16,800 bases of DNA from Paramoeba atlantica. Its lineage: Eukaryota > Protista > Discosea. The stretch is from NCBI GenBank assembly GCA_977017575.1, contig CDRNVI010000241.1:1-16800 (forward strand). The letters run 5' to 3'. Shown here piece by piece: positions 10,901 to 16,800 of the stretch (its first letter is position 1; each line of letters opens with the position of its first letter). A program made the translations under genes and the position numbers. Below the pieces are notes generated by a model. It did not search any database and was not told the DNA's origin. It worked only from the letters and a program-made list of their open reading frames with translations.

Positions 10901-12211
10901 AAACAATTAAGAAATTTTATTGAACCAACTTAAAAAATATCATAGATCTGAAATATAAGTTCTAAAAATATCACAGAATCAGAAAATAAATTAAGGAATT
11001 GTATTCAATATGGAGACATAATTAAGAAATTGAAATTACAAAAAAATAATATGAAAAAAAGAAAATAAAAAATAAATCAAATACATCAATTCAAAACAAT
11101 TAAGAAATTTTATTGAACCAACTTAAAAAATATCATAGATCTGAAATATAAGTTCTAAAAATATCACAGAATCAGAAAATAAATTAAGGAATTGTATTCA
11201 ATATGGAGACATAATTAAGAAATTGAAATTACAAAAAAATAATATGAAAAAAAGAAAATAAAAAATAAATCAAATACATCAATTCAAAACAATTAAGAAA
11301 TTTTATTGAACCAACTTAAAAAATATCATAGATCTGAAATATAAGTTCTAAAAATATCACAGAATCAGAAAATAAATTAAGGAATTGTATTCAATATGGA
11401 GACATAATTAAGAAATTGAAATTACAAAAAAATAATATGAAAAAAAGAAAATAAAAAATAAATCAAATACATCAATTCAAAACAATTAAGAAATTTTATT
11501 GAACCAACTTAAAAAATATCATAGATCTGAAATATAAGTTCTAAAAATATCACAGAATCAGAAAATAAATTAAGGAATTGTATTCAATATGGAGACATAA
11601 TTAAGAAATTGAAATTACAAAAAAATAATATGAAAAAAAGAAAATAAAAAATAAATCAAATACATCAATTCAAAACAATTAAGAAATTTTATTGAACCAA
11701 CTTAAAAAATATCATAGATCTGAAATATAAGTTCTAAAAATATCACAGAATCAGAAAATAAATTAAGGAATTGTATTCAATATGGAGACATAATTAAGAA
11801 ATTGAAATTACAAAAAAATAATATGAAAAAAAGAAAATAAAAAATAAATCAAATACATCAATTCAAAACAATTAAGAAATTTTATTGAACCAACTTAAAA
11901 AATATCATAGATCTGAAATATAAGTTCTAAAAATATCACAGAATCAGAAAATAAATTAAGGAATTGTATTCAATATGGAGACATAATTAAGAAATTGAAA
12001 TTACAAAAAAATAATATGAAAAAAAGAAAATAAAAAATAAATCAAATACATCAATTCAAAACAATTAAGAAATTTTATTGAACCAACTTAAAAAATATCA
12101 TAGATCTGAAATATAAATTTAAAACATATCATAAAATTAAAAAATAAATTAAAACATTCTCTTCAATATGGAAACATAATTACGAAATTGAAATTACAAG
12201 AAAATTAATAT
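7966..12211. repeat. 193-bp tandem satellite: 21 full units plus 98 bp with no visible variant (7966-12116), then a diverged half unit (12117-12211)
   Basis: The marker GGAGACAT recurs at 8117 + 193k for k=0-20, all checked in register, with a diverged GGAAACAT at 12170. Unit composition counted by hand is 109 A, 50 T and 34 G+C (17.6% GC), with no CpG and one BglII site (AGATCT) per unit. Confidence 0.97.
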
Positions 12212-12261
12212 TAAAAAAATCACTTTTAATAATTTCTTGTTCATTCTTTATTTCAAATGTT

Positions 12262-13720
12262 TAAGTGGAAGAAGGCAAACAATTCCCCACAAATATTTCC
12301 TAATAGTGTAAGTCTTGATAACAAGTCAAACTATTGTATGAATAAACTAAAAACTGATTTGAGTGGAGAGGTGTGAGGTGGTGGTGGATAAAATTATGTT
12401 GTGCTGTCCAGACCTGAAATTTTTCAGAATACCCATACTTGTTTAATGAAGTCAGTGCAAGTTTTCCAAGTTGATACAGAAAGTGTGAAAAAGAGTGAAT
12501 ATTTTTCACTCTTGTTGGAGCCTTCATCAATAAATCAGATCCACCACCACAATCAAGACTATCATCATCAACAACCTGTTCAATTCAAGAAGACAGGTTT
12601 TTGATTAGAACCTTTCAAAAAGCTTCTTCAACAAGATCACATTTATGGGCATGGCAACCAAGAATCTGAAGGATTTTTCCAGCCATTTGACTCAATTCTC
12701 CAACTGCTGCTGGGTTTGAAGGAGTATGATCCCTCATCACAGATTCAAAGGAAGAGAGGCTTAAAGAATCTGAAAAGGACTGGGTTTTAGGAAATTTCTT
12801 TACCAGATTTTAGAGACCATTTAAAAGAGAAAAAATATCCTTTGCAATTGACAGGGCATCATGATCAACTGTTTCTCAAATACTTAAATTAACATGCCTA
12901 CCTTTGCCCTGGATCCCAACAGAAAGAAGATTTTGTCCTTGTGATGAACTTCCATCATGAAAGAGAGTTGAGGATTTTCATTCTTGGACTCATAGTAGTG
13001 CTTCTAATTTTGATTGGATGCTGCCTTCACAACAAATCTATTGGATTGTGGTTGGTGATGGAAGAGTAGGGTCTTTTTTCAAAAAAATTTGGAAAAATTC
13101 TCAAATTGCAGGAGAAATATTTCTCTGGGCCATATCAAGGGAAGAAAGAGAATTGCAATCCACCAACACCAAGTTCAAGAGTTCTTACCTGCTCCTCCTC
13201 TTCTTCTTTTCCTTTTTCATCATTCTCCTCATCCTCCTCAGTCTTCTTTGCAAGCAAGGAGGTCATGAAATGAAATTTCCTCAGGAAGATCAATCAAATG
13301 ATGAACTTTATCAACAAAAAGATCAAGATCATCCAACACTTTGATGTGTGGTGGGCAATAAATAAAATAACCACAAGCAGGTTAGCTTTCCTTGTTTCAA
13401 TCATGACCACTTCATAAACCACCAGAAAAATCCCCACCACTTCCACAAAAGCAGATTGCCCAACTTTATCAAAGAATTTGGGGGCCAATAAAGAAAAACA
13501 ACCATTTTCATTCAAAACAAAATGTTCAACAACAATTCGCAATTTTCGGTGTTTCAATCACTGGTTCCAGGAGGTCAGTCCTTCTCTAATAATTTTTCAA
13601 TCTAAAGCCTTTTCTAATTGTCTTCACCATTTCTCCTCAAACAAGGAAGGAACAGCAATGAATGGTCCAGCATAAGTCATTGCTTTGTGGTCTGGTTCTT
13701 GACAATATTCACACTACTTT
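12262..13720 (-). pseudogene. Decayed DDE transposase of the CxxH-containing type (hAT-like), C-terminally truncated
   Basis: One minus-strand frame from ~13150 to ~12262 reads LDMAQRNISPAI*EFF...LPSPTTIQ*IC, STLFHDGSSSQG (Asp 12954-12956), VMRDHTPSNPAA (Asp 12729-12731) and ILGCHAHKCDL (CxxH 12645-12656). It has about nine stops, mostly TGA. An acidic linker and a frameshifted N-terminal part lie upstream. No catalytic Glu or TIR pair was identified. Confidence 0.7.
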
Positions 13721-13979
13721 CAAGAATCACTTCTTTATGGGTTTCATGAGCCTTTTTTTCAAAAAAAAAAAAAGATCAGTTTTAAGAAGAGGGTCTTTGA
13801 ATTCAAAATCCAAAAGAATTTTGGGGATTGAAAGAAATACCTGCCTTAATCAGAGTTGTACAACAATTTTTTTGAGCAATTTCAAGGGCCAGGACGATTC
13901 AACTCCAAAACAAAAGAACAAAAAAAGAAAAAAGTCTTTGTCATGGTGCTACCTGCACAACTTTGGGCATGTTTGCACT

Positions 13980-14215
13980 CTAGAAAGAGAGAAAGAGTGG
14001 TGGTGAGAAAGGGAGAAAGGAGAGACAAAAGAAAAACAAAGAATTCAAAAATCCCAAAAGAGAGAAGAAGAATGAAAGAGAAAGAAAAGAAAAACAAAAA
14101 CAAAGTGAAAAAGACAAAAAGACAAAAAAAAAAAAGGAGGGGGGGAGGAAAGGAAAAAAAAAAAGAGATTTCAAAAGAAAAAGAAAAGAAAAAAAGAGAA
14201 AAAAAAAAGACTTTT
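13980..14215. repeat. A/G-rich low-complexity tract
   Basis: Almost purely purine (GAAAA, AAAG units). It produces K/R/E-rich ORFs on + and F/L/S-rich ORFs on -. Confidence 0.85.
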
Positions 14216-14225
14216 TCCCCCTTGA

Positions 14226-16800
14226 AAAACAACAAACAACAAACCACAAACCAACCACACCACCAATCACTTCCCACTTCATCCGAATCAATACCCACTC
14301 TCCCCTCTTCCTCTTGAACCCCACCTTCAAAAGCTCTGCTCCCCACCCCTGACATAACAAAAGATTTTCAAGATCACCATGGCCATGCCTCTCAATCCTG
14401 GGCACCCTCAAACCAGATAGCACAGAAAACTTTCAGTTCCCAAAACTTCACTCGGGCCAAGTGGAGAAAGAGTCACAGCCAAGAAGGAGAGCAAGAGAAA
14501 GAAAAAGAAGGAAAAAAAGAAGAGGTCAGAGAAAGAGAAAAGGAAGGAAAAAGACAAAGAGAACCCCAAAAAAGCGAGAGAGCAGGAGCAGAAACAACGA
14601 AGAAAGAGAGAAAAGAAAGGAAGAGAACAAAAAGAAAAAGAAAATAGAGGAGGAAAAAAAACAGGAAGGAAAAAGAATGGAAAAAAAGAGGAAGAAAGAG
14701 AAAAATCAGAAAAAGAAAAGAATGAAAGAAACAAAAAAGAAAGAGAAAAAGAACTAAATCAAATGGACAATCCTCAGGCCCAGAAGACAACTTCACATCC
14801 TCCAAAATTCCTTGGCAATTGCTCGTACCGAAGATGCAGAGGCCAACACCAAAAAGTAATAGTCTCCTGATGCGAGAAGTGCCTCCTTACATTCTGCTGG
14901 AGAATCACACCCATCCTCAACCCAGACCCACAACACATCCAACAACTCTTCTTCAATCATGGGCACTCTACAACCCTTCCTTATGGAAGCAAAGAAGAGG
15001 CTGCAATGAACTTCATCCTCTCTCTTGAAGGAGACTCCTTCTCAAAACACATCCCCCTCTGCTACATGGACTCAGTACCACTCTGCCTTTGTGATACAGT
15101 CATCAAAACTTTTTGTGCTGTATGACACCTCTTTCATAAGATACCCCAACTCCTGATCCTCCTCCCAAAATGGATCTTTGGCTGCCTTAGAAGGGGTACT
15201 CGAGGAATGAAAGAAGTGAAATCTCGATGCACCATGGTGCGAAATTTTGAGTGGGAGAGACTCCACAAAAAACTTGAGGGCAAGCTCAGCAAACTCAAGC
15301 AAAAGAGGAGGCAGAAGTCCACCAAGAAAACCAAGGCAGACCAGATTATTGAAGAGGTCAGAAAAGGACATCTCTCCAAAGCTGCAAGGAAGCTTCAATC
15401 CAAGAGTGGATTCAGGGATCTCTCAGTCCCAGAAAATCGTGAAACTGCAAAGAACCTCTACCCAAGATCTGAGCAGGTGTGGACTCCACCAGATCGAGCC
15501 GAAATTCCTGACTGGAAACCAGCAATCCTTGAACAAGATGAGTTTCAGTCCTTTGACTCACTTGATCTGGCCCTTCGGAGACTTCCAAAAGGCCGCACAC
15601 CAGGGCTCTCAGGAATGTTTTATGAGTTTGTCACACTCCTATGCACAGACCAAGAACTCCGCTCAACCCTCAAAGAATTGACTGTCTTAATCACCAACCA
15701 AAAACTCAATGAAACCATACACAACATCATGGCAACCTCTCTCTTCATTCCTCTGGCAAAAGGGGACAAAGGGATCCGTCCAATTGGTGTTGCTGAAGTT
15801 CTCAAGAGGTGGGCAGCGATTGCACTTGTTCTTGAAGTCCAACACGAGGGAATTCCTGAGAAATTGTCCCATCAGTATGGTGTATGCTTGCCAAGTGGTG
15901 CAGAAATGGTCCACAAAGCAATATCACAGCCTATCTCCACCTCCACCCACAACATTATGCTGCGAAACTGGACATTGTTAATGCCTTCAATTCCATCTCA
16001 AGAAAAACCATCTTTGAGAGCACAGTCCAGCTGGCCCCTGTATTACTTCCATACCTCTACACCTTCTATTCTTCAGCAACACCCCTCACTCTCTCATGAC
16101 CAGAACCACACCCTCACCATGGAGGAGGGTGTCCAGCAAGGAGATCCCCTTGGGACAATTTTCTTTTGTCTGGGATTTCATGGAATCCTCAATCCAATCT
16201 TTCAGAAGGTTGATGCTCCACTGAATGCACTTCTTCTTCTCCTCTCTGTCGATGATATATTTGTTTGTGGGAGCCTGGTTGCCATTGCAGAAATCACCAC
16301 TCAGATCCAGAGTGTCCTCCCAAATGCCAACCTCAAACTTGGCACAGAAAGGGGCAAAATGGTCTGTTTCTCTCCCGAAGCGCCCAGGAGCAATGACCTC
16401 AAAAATCTTGGCATTGGGAAGGCGGAAGTAATCACAGTTCTAGGGTCACCCATCGGGCTGAACACTCAAATTTCCAAGTGGCTTCACACCCTTGCTCAAG
16501 AATACCAACAAGCATCACAAGACCACTGTTTAATAATGTTCTCCAACCCCCATGAAAGTCTTGAGCTTTTTGTCAAAACCATCACACCCAAACTAACATA
16601 CATCTGTCGCACAACACCTCTCTCTTTAACCCCTTTCCAAGACTTCATCAAGCAAACCACTACAACAAACATCAATTACCTCCTCAACCCCCTCCAAGTC
16701 CCCCACCTGCATCCAAACAAAGAACTCCATCTCTCTTGAGTAGAAGCTGCAGGCCTTCCAAAGTCAAAAGGTGGTGGTGGCTTGAGCTACTCTCAGAACA
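14226..16800 (+). mobile_element. CRE-clade (CRE/SLACS/Cnl1/MoTeR-like) non-LTR retrotransposon remnant, truncated by the right window edge
   Basis: One frame carries a K/E-rich region (14460-14757), a Cys cluster (14820-14897) and KHIP...LLPKWIFGCLRRGTRG..EVKSRC..RNFEWERL. It continues with KGHLSKAARKL, GRTPGLSG, IRPIGVAEVLKRW and QYGVCLPSGAE, then KLDIVNAFNSISR (in the +2 frame), GVQQGDPLGTIFF, SVDD and LPKSKGGGGL. Premature stops at 14355, 14418, 14868, 15123 and 16737. The 5' boundary is approximate. Confidence 0.85.
15207..16739 (+). pseudogene. Reverse transcriptase domain of the CRE-clade element; the 510-aa ORF is open but internally scrambled
   Basis: RT motif A (LDIVNAFNS) is absent from the 510-aa frame and present in the overlapping ORF 15884..16099. 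YxDD reads SVDD. The frame continues past TGA 16737-16739 into the conserved LPxxxGGxG motif. Confidence 0.85.

Noticed and set aside
7966-12211. CRISPR array
   Set aside because: The units are identical end to end with no unique spacers, there are no cas genes, and the context is eukaryotic TEs.
7966-12211. Protein-coding tandem repeat, including under a TAA/TAG=Gln code
   Set aside because: 193 is not a multiple of 3, all frames have stops, and TGA stops remain even with TAA read as Gln. Apparent synonymous changes in the diverged half unit appear in more than one frame and are explained by G-to-A/C-to-T bias.
13835-13849. TTAA-GGCAGG on the minus strand as a Kolobok-like left end of the DDE element
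   Set aside because: No matching inverted end is present (TTAA at 12261 is followed by GTGGAAG), and TTAA is common in AT-rich DNA.
13940-13978. WCYLHNFGHVC as a zinc knuckle
   Set aside because: The spacing does not fit CX2CX4HX4C, and it is not linked to any supported ORF.
13882-14805. Overlapping F/L/S-rich minus-strand ORFs and alternative K/R-rich plus-strand ORFs
   Set aside because: Purine-only tracts lack stops in most frames. Only the frame continuous with the CRE RT has independent support.
1-16800. TGA reassigned to an amino acid as the explanation for in-frame TGA codons
   Set aside because: The same frames also carry TAA/TAG stops, frameshifts and deletions, and several TGA sites fall where Arg is expected, which fits CGA-to-TGA decay.
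1-16800. Fungal RIP (CpA-to-TpA) as the main mutational process
   Set aside because: CpA and TpG remain abundant while CpG is nearly absent, and TGA stops outnumber TAA/TAG in the piggyBac, DDE and CRE remnants. A formal RIP index was not computed.

Overview
Eukaryotic, gene-free, repeat-dense DNA: a transposon graveyard around a very homogeneous satellite. The organism cannot be identified from this window. Left to right: (1) a decayed piggyBac-type DDD transposase with its Cys-rich tail and a probable right end at a TTAA (1-1643, +); (2) a decayed minus-strand coding remnant of unknown identity, possibly ORF1/gag-like (~1700-3890); (3) a second, inverted internal piggyBac fragment (4243-4549); (4) a 5'-truncated L1-like LINE ORF2 remnant with RT, zf-RVT and a C-terminal RNase H (4551-6735, +); (5) a very AT-rich spacer; (6) a 193-bp, ~18% GC tandem array of 21.5 apparently identical units plus an abruptly diverged half unit (7966-12211); (7) a decayed CxxH-type DDE transposase (~12262-13720, -); (8) a CRE-clade non-LTR retrotransposon remnant running off the right edge (~14226-16800, +). 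No intact protein-coding gene, RNA gene or CRISPR array is supported. Most supplied ORFs are fragments of these elements or antisense shadows of purine-rich sequence. Many in-frame TGA stops at likely Arg positions, plus strong CpG depletion, suggest methylation-driven decay. The CRE remnant retains the most CpGs. All family calls come from motif recognition by eye; no database search was run.
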